NCBI GenBank assembly: GCA_963677435.1
Contig: OY781945.1
Coordinates: 252,879-316,878 of the forward strand
Origin: an uncultured Aliarcobacter sp.
Lineage (GTDB): Bacteria > Campylobacterota > Campylobacteria > Campylobacterales > Arcobacteraceae
DNA: 64,000 nucleotides
Direction of reading: 5' to 3'
Every line of letters starts with the position of its first letter. Positions within the stretch are counted from its first letter, which is position 1. The notes beneath the pieces were generated by a model that had not been told where the DNA came from, did not search any database, and worked only from the letters and a program-made list of their open reading frames with translations. Position numbers and translations under genes: made by a program. Positions 1-8,357 of the stretch are shown piece by piece.

Positions 1-1
1 T

Positions 2-661
2 TTTGCAATTTTTGATAAACCTACAAACCTAATGGTTCATCCTATTTCTAAAAGTACCCCTTACTCTTTACTTGATGAAATTAGGTTTCATTTTGGAGAA
101 GATGCAAATTTAATTCATAGGATTGATGCGGAAACATCAGGTTTAATTATCGTTGGGAAAAACAAAAAAAGTGAAATAGCTTTAAAAGAGATGTTCCAAG
201 ATAAAAAATATCACAAATCATATCTTGCCATTGCACAAGGTGAAATAAAACAAGAGATAAGAATAGACAAAGGACTTGATAGAGAAGGACTTGTAATTGG
301 GGTACGAATGAAAGTTTGTGATGATGGAAAAGAGTCTGTAACTATTATAAAACCTCTTAAATACAATAAAGAAAAAGATTTAACTCTAATTGAAGCATTA
401 CCACTAACTGGACGACAGCATCAAATTAGAGTTCATTTACACTCAATTGGGCATACAATTTTAGGTGATCCCATTTATGGAGTTGATGATGATAGTGCAG
501 AAAATTATCTAAATAAAACCCTAAGTCTTGAAGATAGATTTGAAGTTACAAAATCAAGTAGATTATGGCTTCATGCTAATTATTTGGAGTTTACATACAA
601 AGATGTAACTTATAAAATATTCTCTAAAAACAAAGACCTTTACAATGAATTTTTAAATTAA
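2..661 (+). CDS. RluA-family RNA pseudouridine synthase (5'-truncated by the window edge)
   Basis: Frame open from base 2 (FAIFDKPTNLMVHP). Motifs HRIDAETSG (catalytic Asp), TGRQHQIRVH, GDPIYG, LWLHA. Confidence 0.92.
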   Translation, partial: FAIFDKPTNLMVHPISKSTPYSLLDEIRFHFGEDANLIHRIDAETSGLIIVGKNKKSEIALKEMFQDKKYHKSYLAIAQGEIKQEIRIDKGLDREGLVIGVRMKVCDDGKESVTIIKPLKYNKEKDLTLIEALPLTGRQHQIRVHLHSIGHTILGDPIYGVDDDSAENYLNKTLSLEDRFEVTKSSRLWLHANYLEFTYKDVTYKIFSKNKDLYNEFLN

Positions 662-774
662 TCCATTGTAAAAAATAAAGAAACAAGAACAATTATAAGC
701 TCAAAAGAGACTAAAATAGCTAAATCTTTTTTATTGAAGTTTCTATTTTGAGCCTTATCTTTATTCTTGAACAC
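658..774 (-). CDS. Small 38-aa protein with one C-terminal hydrophobic helix (not in ORF track)
   Basis: AAGGA RBS 7 nt before GTG at 774. Reads MFKNKDKAQNRNFNKKDLAILVSFELIIVLVSLFFTMD*. Starts 10 nt after the nifQ stop; its stop shares TTAA (658-661) with the rluA stop. Confidence 0.55.
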   Translation of the reverse strand: MFKNKDKAQNRNFNKKDLAILVSFELIIVLVSLFFTMD

Positions 775-784
775 TATTTTTCCT

Positions 785-1111
785 TTATTGATTTAAAGAG
801 CAATTAAAACAGTTGCTAATATCATCACAAGCTGCACAAGCAGGTGCAGTTTTGCCAATACAATCATACAAATATTTTTTCCATCGTTTATCTTGAGGTT
901 TTAGTTTTGCTAGAGAGGTGAAATTTTTGCTCATAAATTTCCCCATTTCTTCTCTACTTTGTAAACCTAAATCTGAATATAAATGTCCCATTTGTAGTGA
1001 AGTCTTGGCAATCCAAGGGGCAAGTTCATCTTTTGCATATTGGTCATTTGCATGACTTTGAAGAAGTTTTAAAATTTCACTTTCCATTGATAAATGTACT
1101 AAACTACTCAT
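785..1111 (-). CDS. nifQ: Nitrogen fixation protein NifQ (Mo donor for FeMo-co), short form
   Basis: HLYSDLGL..REEM..FM..NF..LA..K...KRWKKYLY plus C-terminal CxxCxDxxxCF cysteine motif; AAGGAG RBS. Confidence 0.8.
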   Translation of the reverse strand: MSSLVHLSMESEILKLLQSHANDQYAKDELAPWIAKTSLQMGHLYSDLGLQSREEMGKFMSKNFTSLAKLKPQDKRWKKYLYDCIGKTAPACAACDDISNCFNCSLNQ

Positions 1112-1121
1112 GGGATACTCC

Positions 1122-2117
1122 TTATTTCACATCACAAAATTCTAGTTCTAGTGATTTTGGTTTTTTTAATCCATTATTGTTATCTATAAATAAATTATTC
1201 AAATTAGTTAGATTTTTAATTGAATGGGGAATGAAACTTAATTTATTATCTTCAACATCTAACTCTTGAAGATTTACTAAATCACCTATTAACTCAGGCA
1301 ACTCTTCTAGTTTATTAGAACTAACTGACAAGGTACTCAGTTTATTTAACTTACAAATATCTTTTGGAAGTTTTGTTAATAAATTATTGTCCAAAATCAA
1401 TATTTTCAAATCTTCTAAACGACTAACATCAAAATCTAAAGATGTTAAATTATTCCCACTTAAATCAAGTTTTATAAGCATATCATGGGATTCTAAAGAC
1501 GGTAATTCTTTTAAACTATTTCCTTCTAAAATAAGAGTCTCTAACTCTTTGATTTTTGATAAAGAAGAGGGTAAAGAAGTTAAGTGATTAAAAGATAAAT
1601 CTAAATAATATAGTTGTTGCATATTTTCAAATATATCAGGAATATCTTTTAACTCGTTGGTTTCAAGTGAGAGATATAGAAGTTTTGATAATTTTTTAAA
1701 ATCTTCATCTAAACTCTCAATTCTATTTGCAGCAAGAGTGAGTCTTGTAAGGGATTTTAAATCATAAAAACCTTTTGGTAAGGCTTTTAATCTATTTACA
1801 TTTAGATTCAATATCATAAGATTTGCTAGATTTCCTATTTCTGTTGGTAACTCTTCTATTAAATTATTTTCACATTGAAGATTTCTTAAGTTTTTTAATT
1901 CTCCAATTGCTTTTGGAAGTTTTCTAAGTTTGTTATTTGATAGTTTTAAAACGCTTAGATTTCTTAAAACTCCAATAGATTCAGGTAAATCTTTTAGATT
2001 CTTTTTTGATAAATCTAAATGTGTTAATAACTCCAAATCATCTTCAACGACTGACATTATAGGTGTTAAATCGTTAGCTCTTATCCATTTTACAAAATGT
2101 TCGATATCGTAACTCAT
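1122..2117 (-). CDS. Leucine-rich repeat protein (~12 tandem 23-aa LRRs)
   Basis: Repeated LxxLxLxxNxLxxLPxxIxxL units; ATGA overlap with the upstream gene. Confidence 0.92.
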   Translation of the reverse strand: MSYDIEHFVKWIRANDLTPIMSVVEDDLELLTHLDLSKKNLKDLPESIGVLRNLSVLKLSNNKLRKLPKAIGELKNLRNLQCENNLIEELPTEIGNLANLMILNLNVNRLKALPKGFYDLKSLTRLTLAANRIESLDEDFKKLSKLLYLSLETNELKDIPDIFENMQQLYYLDLSFNHLTSLPSSLSKIKELETLILEGNSLKELPSLESHDMLIKLDLSGNNLTSLDFDVSRLEDLKILILDNNLLTKLPKDICKLNKLSTLSVSSNKLEELPELIGDLVNLQELDVEDNKLSFIPHSIKNLTNLNNLFIDNNNGLKKPKSLELEFCDVK

Positions 2118-2362
2118 TCGTCATCCTTTAATCTATCATTTTTTGCATCAATTAAAAATGCAATCTCTTCATAGTCGACTTCACCAAACTCTACCATGTT
2201 AAATAGAGCCATTAAAGGTCTTCTACAACAAGTCTGGCTACAGCCAGTAACAAGTTTTTTTGCTTTTTTATATGGTAAATCAGTATCTTCAAATATTTTT
2301 TGAGCTTGAATAATAGTCATTCCACCACATTCACAAATTTGTTTATCTTTTAAATTTTCCAT
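2114..2362 (-). CDS. BFD-like (2Fe-2S)-binding small protein
   Basis: ICECGG...GCSQTCC cysteine pattern, 82 aa, nif operon context. Confidence 0.65.
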   Translation of the reverse strand: MENLKDKQICECGGMTIIQAQKIFEDTDLPYKKAKKLVTGCSQTCCRRPLMALFNMVEFGEVDYEEIAFLIDAKNDRLKDDE

Positions 2363-2368
2363 TATATA

Positions 2369-2575
2369 CTACTTTAAGTATGGATGTTGTTCTTGAAACT
2401 CATTAACTATTTTCATTGCATTTTTAATATCTTCGCTTAATTTTGGTAATCTCACATAATCAGTCCAGATAGTGTCTTCAACGATGTCATGAACTTCACC
2501 TGCTAACTCAACAACTTTTCTTTTGTATTTAGCCAGCTCTTTTTTTAACTCTTTTTGCTCCGATGTTAATTCCAT
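2369..2575 (-). CDS. Rop-like nitrogen-fixation-associated protein (CCE_0567/DUF683-like)
   Basis: Short helical protein with LKKELAK..RK..ELAGEVHDIVED, matching the K..A...K.DLHDL.EEL pattern; AGGAG RBS. Confidence 0.7.
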   Translation of the reverse strand: MELTSEQKELKKELAKYKRKVVELAGEVHDIVEDTIWTDYVRLPKLSEDIKNAMKIVNEFQEQHPYLK

Positions 2576-2584
2576 AATTACTCC

Positions 2585-3391
2585 TTAAATTGCGTATAAA
2601 TTATCTAACACGATGTTTGGTTTTTCTCTCAAATACATAAGTTTAAAATCTCCATAGATTCTAAACTTATAGCTTTGATATAAATCAACTATCTCTTTTA
2701 CATTTTTTGGAGCATATCCATAAATGCTTTTTAATCCACGATAATATAAAACCCCTCGTAAAAGCTTTTCAGCATCTAAAAAGGCTTCATTATCCATAAT
2801 CCAAGGTGAGATTTTTATAAATCTTTTGTTTACCACATAAGAGTGTAAAAATCCATATCCAGTAGAGAGTTTCAAAGAATTAGTAAAAACACAATCTGTT
2901 TTTAAATACTCTTCTCTATTTAAATTGAAAACTTTTTTATCAACTCTTTTTGCAACTTCTGAGTAGTGTTCACCACTTACTTGTTTTGCTGTTGAATTTG
3001 AAAAGTTAAAAGCAACAGATTCGCCTGAGTGCATAAATCTTAGAAAATCACTATAAGTTTTAAATCCTAATTCTTCCAACTGTTTACTTTTATCATTTTC
3101 AATTAAAACTAAAATATTTTCTTCAGGAAAATTTCTAAGCAACAAAGAGATTAATCTTTTTAAAACATCTTCATATTTACTTATCACATCAATCACATTT
3201 ATATACAAATAGTTTTCAAAAATATAAGCACTTAAAATGCCAACTATTTTTGAATCTTCATAGGCTGCAAAACAGTATTGAGGATAAACATGATATGTTT
3301 GTTTTAATAGTTCTAAATCAAATAGAGGGTTTTCAATTAATAAATCCTCTAATGATTCTTCAAACCCATTTTTTAGATAGCCAATGAACAT
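2585..3391 (-). CDS. GNAT-family acetyltransferase-like protein
   Basis: N-terminal CFAAYEDSKIVGILSAY strand pattern; two-domain length; overlaps the nifV stop. Confidence 0.55.
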   Translation of the reverse strand: MFIGYLKNGFEESLEDLLIENPLFDLELLKQTYHVYPQYCFAAYEDSKIVGILSAYIFENYLYINVIDVISKYEDVLKRLISLLLRNFPEENILVLIENDKSKQLEELGFKTYSDFLRFMHSGESVAFNFSNSTAKQVSGEHYSEVAKRVDKKVFNLNREEYLKTDCVFTNSLKLSTGYGFLHSYVVNKRFIKISPWIMDNEAFLDAEKLLRGVLYYRGLKSIYGYAPKNVKEIVDLYQSYKFRIYGDFKLMYLREKPNIVLDNLYAI

Positions 3392-4485
3392 AGGTATAAC
3401 TCTTTTAATTCATTTGTACTTAAAACTTTTTTTCTATTCGTTACAATTTCTCGAATTTGTGGAAGAATTTTTTGTACAATATCTATATCTGGATCAATTC
3501 CAACAGCTTTTAAATGATAAATCAAAGTTGAACTTCCTGAGTGTTTTCCAATAGGAAAGGCTCTTTTTAAACCAACTTCATCAGGAGTAAAAGGCTCATA
3601 TGCCTGATTTGATTTCATCATTCCATTTACATGAATCCCTGATTCATGTGAAAATATATTTCTACCAATAATTGGCAGATTTGTATCTATTCTTCTATTT
3701 GATGCGTTACTTACTGTTTTTATAAGAGATTTTAAAGCTTTTGAATTAATATTAACTTCTTTTCCTAATAATCTCAAAGTCATTAATACCTGTTCAAAAC
3801 AAGCATTTCCAGCTCTCTCACCAATACCAATAACTGTAGTATTAGAGCTGTATGCTCCTGCTTCATATCCTGCAATTGCATTTGCAGTAGCCATTCCAAA
3901 GTCATTGTGAGTGTGCATTTCTATATCTAAAAGATTTGAAGAACTTAAATCTTTGATATTTTCATAAGTTTTATGAGGTGTTAAAATGCCAACAGTATCA
4001 CAATATCTAAATCTATTTGCACCAAGTTCATATCCTAATGTCATAATCTCTTTTAAAAAAGAGTTGTTCGCGCGACTTGAATCTTCTCCACCGATACAAA
4101 CAAATAAATTTTCTTTTTTGGCTTGTAAAATTACCGTTTCTAGTTGTTTAAGTAATCTTGTTTTATCTCCACCAAATTTAATGTCAATCAAAATATCTGA
4201 AACAGGTATAGATAAGTCAACTGCTTTTAATCCACACTTTAAAGAGGCTTCTAAATCACTCATCGTAGCTCTATTCCAGCTCATTATTTGAATAGGTAAA
4301 TTAAGAGCAAGAATCTCTTTTAAGTCATCTTGTTCTTTTTTACCCATTGCTGGAATTCCAACTTCTAGTTCATCTGCACCAGCTTCATATAAAAGCCTAG
4401 CAATTTGAAGTTTCTCTTTAGTGTTAAAAGCTACGTATGGTGTCTGTTCACCATCTCTTAAAGTTGTATCATTAATAATTGGCAT
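3373..4485 (-). CDS. nifV: Homocitrate synthase NifV
   Basis: DTTLRDGEQ, HTHNDFGMA, GIGERAGNA, HESGIH, GKHSG motifs; sigma54 promoter upstream; no LeuA regulatory domain. Confidence 0.93.
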   Translation of the reverse strand: MPIINDTTLRDGEQTPYVAFNTKEKLQIARLLYEAGADELEVGIPAMGKKEQDDLKEILALNLPIQIMSWNRATMSDLEASLKCGLKAVDLSIPVSDILIDIKFGGDKTRLLKQLETVILQAKKENLFVCIGGEDSSRANNSFLKEIMTLGYELGANRFRYCDTVGILTPHKTYENIKDLSSSNLLDIEMHTHNDFGMATANAIAGYEAGAYSSNTTVIGIGERAGNACFEQVLMTLRLLGKEVNINSKALKSLIKTVSNASNRRIDTNLPIIGRNIFSHESGIHVNGMMKSNQAYEPFTPDEVGLKRAFPIGKHSGSSTLIYHLKAVGIDPDIDIVQKILPQIREIVTNRKKVLSTNELKELYLCSLAI

Positions 4486-4518
4486 TATACTAACCTTTAA
4501 TTTCGATATTAAAAGTTA

Positions 4519-4534
4519 TGCAAATAGTGTTCCG
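4519..4534 (-). promoter_or_regulatory. sigma54 -24/-12 promoter of the nifV operon
   Basis: Minus strand CGGAACACTATTTGCA, GG-N10-GC, ~35 nt before the nifV ATG. Confidence 0.85.
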
Positions 4535-4665
4535 AAGTAAGAGTTAAGGAAAAGAATTTGGTGAGGATTAGACTTAAAACTTATAAATTTTAGTTTTTAG
4601 ACTTTAAGAATATATAAAATTTAATAAAATAATATTGAGTCATTTGAATAGTATGATAAAAAAAA

Positions 4666-5043
4666 CTATCTGATATCAAATTTTACAACTGGTTTACTAC
4701 CATCTAAACATGACCAATTACCACAAGTACCAATTATTATATTTTTCCTAGGATTAGCGCAATTTTGATTCTTTTTTAAAGTACTATCAATCAATTTCCT
4801 AGGTAAATAATCTATAGTTAGTGAATTCTTTATATAAAAATTTAAATCTTGTTCTTTTAAAAAAAGAAAAATTTCTTTTTGAAGCTCTTTTTTATTTTTA
4901 TGCTCACAAAAATATTTTTTAGTTTCAATTGAAAGATTCTGATTATTTAGTTTATATATGTTTATTTCATTTTTCCAATTATCATATGAGAACAGTGAAT
5001 TTGAAATAAAAGTTATTAGTATTATAGATTTAATTAAATTCAT
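4666..5043 (-). CDS. Hypothetical protein, probable signal peptide
   Basis: ORF track; hydrophobic N-terminus; very AT-rich; no recognised motif. Confidence 0.55.
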   Translation of the reverse strand: MNLIKSIILITFISNSLFSYDNWKNEINIYKLNNQNLSIETKKYFCEHKNKKELQKEIFLFLKEQDLNFYIKNSLTIDYLPRKLIDSTLKKNQNCANPRKNIIIGTCGNWSCLDGSKPVVKFDIR

Positions 5044-5102
5044 CCTACTATTGTATATAATTATATATTTTTAATATCTTAAATAATTAAAAAAGGAAAG
5101 TA

Positions 5103-5648
5103 GTGAGTAGCAGTTTTAAATCCAACCTTGTAGTATTTGTGTTATTTTGCGCATTTGTTATTACATTTATATTTTCAAAACACTTTATTGTAAATGAAAA
5201 TCTTTTTATTTTTAAATGGCACTATATCGTTTCGTTTACAATTGGCATATTATTTTTAAAAAGTAGCTTTAAAGAAAATAACGAATTTAATAAAAAATTA
5301 AAGAATAAATATATTCAATTATTTATATTAAGAGTAATAATGATAACAGGTATTCCATTTGTTATTCTTTTCTATATTGAAAAAACACTTTTTTTTCCTT
5401 TACATTTAATTTTTAAGAACAAAGAAATAATTGAAAAAAATGTAGTTATTATCAACAAAGAAATAATGGGAAGAAGTAAACTTAAATTTTTAGAGATAAA
5501 TAGGGCAGATAAATTAACATTCTCAATTAAATTAGGTAGATTTAGTAAAGCCTATGATGATTTGAACATAGGTGATACAATGACATTAAGAGGCGAAAAA
5601 TCTATTTTTGGATTCAGTGTTGAGGAAGTAAGTTATAAAAACAATTAA
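5103..5648 (+). CDS. Hypothetical membrane protein (about 3 TM segments)
   Basis: AAGGA RBS before GTG; hydrophobic stretches in the N-terminal half. Confidence 0.6.
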   Translation: MSSSFKSNLVVFVLFCAFVITFIFSKHFIVNENLFIFKWHYIVSFTIGILFLKSSFKENNEFNKKLKNKYIQLFILRVIMITGIPFVILFYIEKTLFFPLHLIFKNKEIIEKNVVIINKEIMGRSKLKFLEINRADKLTFSIKLGRFSKAYDDLNIGDTMTLRGEKSIFGFSVEEVSYKNN

Positions 5649-5665
5649 AAGATTTAATCTTCTAT

Positions 5666-5962
5666 TTAAACTATTCTATCTGCCCAATAATTTGGTTTTC
5701 TACTGTTATGCATAACTACAATTATGAATATTTCTTCATTTGATTCTTTGTATATTATGGAAAAAGGGAATTTATTTAGGACATATCTTTTAAAATCATA
5801 TTGATAATTAGCCCATGCATTTGGAAAGTTTTGAATAGCTTCAAAACCATTTTCTAATTCATATAAAAACTCTTTTCCTAATCCTTCAAGTTGCTTTTCA
5901 TACCAACTATATGAGCCTTTAATATCTATCGCAATTTCAGGGTGAAAAGATAATGGTTTCAT
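5666..5962 (-). CDS. Type II TA toxin, RelE/ParE family
   Basis: FHPEIAIDI....SWY...LEGLG..F...FPFSIIY...IIVVMHNSRKPNYW pattern; directly downstream of the antitoxin. Confidence 0.85.
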   Translation of the reverse strand: MKPLSFHPEIAIDIKGSYSWYEKQLEGLGKEFLYELENGFEAIQNFPNAWANYQYDFKRYVLNKFPFSIIYKESNEEIFIIVVMHNSRKPNYWADRIV

Positions 5963-5963
5963 T

Positions 5964-6185
5964 TTAAGATAAAACTTGTTGTTTTATTTGATTCCAATTT
6001 AGAGTTTGAACTTTTTTTGACTCTATTTCTTCAAATCTATTTTTAGCTATATCTGCCCAAAATTTATCAGAATTATTATCATGACTTTCATCCATAGATG
6101 CAATAAGAATTTTCATTAAATCATTTTTTTCATTTATAGACAATATTTGTATATCTTGTAAAACTCTATTCATGATTTTTGTCAT
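5964..6185 (-). CDS. Putative addiction-module antitoxin (TIGR02574-like)
   Basis: LSINEK..L...L..S....W..IAKNRFEEI.SKKV..L.W..IK pattern. ATG at 6185 fits the AAGGA RBS better than TTG 6191. Confidence 0.8.
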   Translation of the reverse strand: MTKIMNRVLQDIQILSINEKNDLMKILIASMDESHDNNSDKFWADIAKNRFEEIESKKVQTLNWNQIKQQVLS

Positions 6186-6255
6186 TTTCAAATCCTTATA
6201 AAAAGTTAAATGATTCTAACATTTTGGAGCAAAATTTGGTATAAAAATCTTTAAA

Positions 6256-6540
6256 TTATTCTAAAATTTCAAACTCATCAGCTTTAATAAACTCTAAATC
6301 TTTATCTAGTAATTTCTCATAAGAAAAAACAAAACAGCATGGTTTTGTAGTGATTTCTTTTTCAATAGTTAAAAATCTATCATAATCTCTTAGTGTCACA
6401 ACTTTTTGTGCACGAAGATGTTTTAGTGGGAAACCAATAAAACCGTGTGAAGTGGTAATTGTGATTAGCTCCATTAGTTCATTATTTATTGAAATTGGGC
6501 CATTACCTTTTAGAAGTATTACTGTAGGTTTTGTTTTCAT
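6256..6540 (-). CDS. Hypothetical protein co-transcribed with nifB
   Basis: 94-aa ORF starting 10 nt after the nifB stop. Confidence 0.7.
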   Translation of the reverse strand: MKTKPTVILLKGNGPISINNELMELITITTSHGFIGFPLKHLRAQKVVTLRDYDRFLTIEKEITTKPCCFVFSYEKLLDKDLEFIKADEFEILE

Positions 6541-6550
6541 AAGTTAGGGA

Positions 6551-7999
6551 TTACCCTAACTCATGTTCAGTTTTTGAATCTTGCGAATAAAAATATTTTT
6601 GAACCGCTGCAAATACTGATTTTTCAATTGGTTGAAGGGCATAAGAATCGTCACAAATCAAGTTAATTGATTTTAATTCATCCATTGGGCATCCACCGAT
6701 TTTTTCAGTTAATAATAAATCCACATCTTTTAAAGTATTTTTAATATCTTCAATTGGATAAGAACCATCACAATCTTCAGGTCCTTTACAATATGGATTT
6801 TCAACTTTTCTGTGCATTACAAATTTGATTGCTTTATCTCCAGCTTCGTAGATTAAGAACTCTTTAGCATTACCAAAGTGTAAGTTAATAGTTCCCTCAC
6901 CAGCAGTTGTAACAGCTACAAGTTTAGTTTCACCTGTTGAACTCAATTGCTCTTTAGATGCTTGTGCAATTTTTACTTTTTCATTTGCAACTTCAAGAGC
7001 TGCTCTCCAGTTTTCAATAACTTGGTGTTTTTGTGCTCGTGCTGCAATATCATATTTTTTAGTTAAAGCATCCCAGTCCATTTTTACAAAAGTATCTTTT
7101 GTAAATTCATCCCCTCTATCTTCACCAATTAGTCCAACAGCATCAGCACGACACTGTCTACAGTGAGACATAAGTTTCATGTCCATTCCACAAGCTTCTT
7201 GAGCTGCCATTACTTCTTGGTCTGTTGCGCTTTCTTGCCCATTTAATCCATAATATGTACCAAATTCAGGTTTAGATAATAGAGGCATAATGTTATGTAA
7301 AAATACACCTAACTCTTTTAATTTTTTAGCAACATTTGGTAACTCTTTGTCATTAACACCTGGAATTAAAACAGAGTTTGCTTTAACTAAAATTCCTCTT
7401 TCTGTTAACATCTTGATTCCCTCAAGTTGTCTTTGTAAAAGAATTTTTGCTGCTTCTTTTCCAAATACTTTTTTATGATTCCATAAAATCCATGGATATA
7501 TTTTTGAACCAACTTCACCAGTTTCATCAACAGAGTTGATTGTAACTGTTACATGGTCAACATTATATTTTTGGATTTGGTCAATATAATCTGGTAACAT
7601 AAGACCATTTGTAGATAAACACATTTTTAAATCTGGTGCTTTTTCATATAGCATTTTAAATGTTTTAAAAGTTTTTTCAGGGTTTGCTAATGCGTCACCA
7701 GGACCTGCGATTCCTACAACAGAAAGTTGTTGAATTTCTCCACCAACAAATAAAATCTTCTTAACAGCTTCTTCTGGTGATAATTTACCACTAGTTACAC
7801 CTGGTCTACTCTCATTTGAACAATCATATTTTCTATTACAGTAGTTACATTGAATATTACAAGCAGGTGCAACGGCAACATGTATTCTAGCGTAGTGCTG
7901 ATGAGCACCTTCACTATAACATGGGTGATTATTAATCTTTGCCATTACCTCTTCTTGGATTGATTCTTGAGAACTACTTGAAGTACACGAACAACTCAT
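6551..7999 (-). CDS. nifB: FeMo-cofactor biosynthesis radical-SAM protein NifB with C-terminal NifX-like domain
   Basis: HPC, CNIQCNYC (CxxxCxxC), ESRPG, AGPGDALAN, CRQCRADA motifs. True start is ATG 7999 (AGGAG RBS); the track start 8110 lies upstream of the promoter. Confidence 0.97.
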   Translation of the reverse strand: MSCSCTSSSSQESIQEEVMAKINNHPCYSEGAHQHYARIHVAVAPACNIQCNYCNRKYDCSNESRPGVTSGKLSPEEAVKKILFVGGEIQQLSVVGIAGPGDALANPEKTFKTFKMLYEKAPDLKMCLSTNGLMLPDYIDQIQKYNVDHVTVTINSVDETGEVGSKIYPWILWNHKKVFGKEAAKILLQRQLEGIKMLTERGILVKANSVLIPGVNDKELPNVAKKLKELGVFLHNIMPLLSKPEFGTYYGLNGQESATDQEVMAAQEACGMDMKLMSHCRQCRADAVGLIGEDRGDEFTKDTFVKMDWDALTKKYDIAARAQKHQVIENWRAALEVANEKVKIAQASKEQLSSTGETKLVAVTTAGEGTINLHFGNAKEFLIYEAGDKAIKFVMHRKVENPYCKGPEDCDGSYPIEDIKNTLKDVDLLLTEKIGGCPMDELKSINLICDDSYALQPIEKSVFAAVQKYFYSQDSKTEHELG

Positions 8000-8031
8000 A
8001 GATAACTCCTTATTTAAATTTAGAAATATAA

Positions 8032-8047
8032 TGCACATATTGTTCCA
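8032..8047 (-). promoter_or_regulatory. sigma54 promoter of nifB
   Basis: Minus strand TGGAACAATATGTGCA, GG-N10-GC. Confidence 0.8.
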
Positions 8048-8057
8048 CACGAATTTT

Positions 8058-8073
8058 AGGAATAGTAAATGCA
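8058..8073 (+). promoter_or_regulatory. sigma54 promoter of the 61-aa ORF (divergent from nifB)
   Basis: AGGAATAGTAAATGCA, GG-N10-GC, 25 nt before ATG 8099. Confidence 0.7.
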
Positions 8074-8098
8074 AGTTTTTAGTAAAAAAGGATTCAAG

Positions 8099-8284
8099 AT
8101 GAGAATACAAGAAGAGATTAAAAAAGAGCTACTAAAAGAAGTGTATGGAAACATCGATAATATCTATGATTTTGTGAGTTTGAGATTTAGTCTTGACAAG
8201 CCATGTGATGAGGCAGTTATAAAAAAGTTGAATGAATTAAAAGATGTGATTTATAAAGTTTCAAGTTTGAGTGATTTAAATTAA
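8099..8284 (+). CDS. Small 61-aa hypothetical protein under a sigma54 promoter
   Basis: AAGGA RBS then ATG 8099 (MRIQEEIKKELLKEVYGNIDNIYDF...); track start 8069 overlaps the promoter. Confidence 0.7.
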   Translation: MRIQEEIKKELLKEVYGNIDNIYDFVSLRFSLDKPCDEAVIKKLNELKDVIYKVSSLSDLN

Positions 8285-8357
8285 GATAAATAAGCGATGA
8301 GTACATGTTTTAGTTAAACCCCTGTAAAGTTTTATACTCATCGGTTATTCATCTTAT

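Noticed and set aside
655-690. Possible direct-repeat (att) match between the left cluster edge and ~50540-50560 (ATCCA...TAAAAATAAA)
   Set aside because: Short, gapped and AT-rich; no integrase or tRNA nearby.
8000-8110. Longer nifB start given by the track (8110)
   Set aside because: It lies upstream of the sigma54 promoter; the AGGAG RBS supports ATG 7999.
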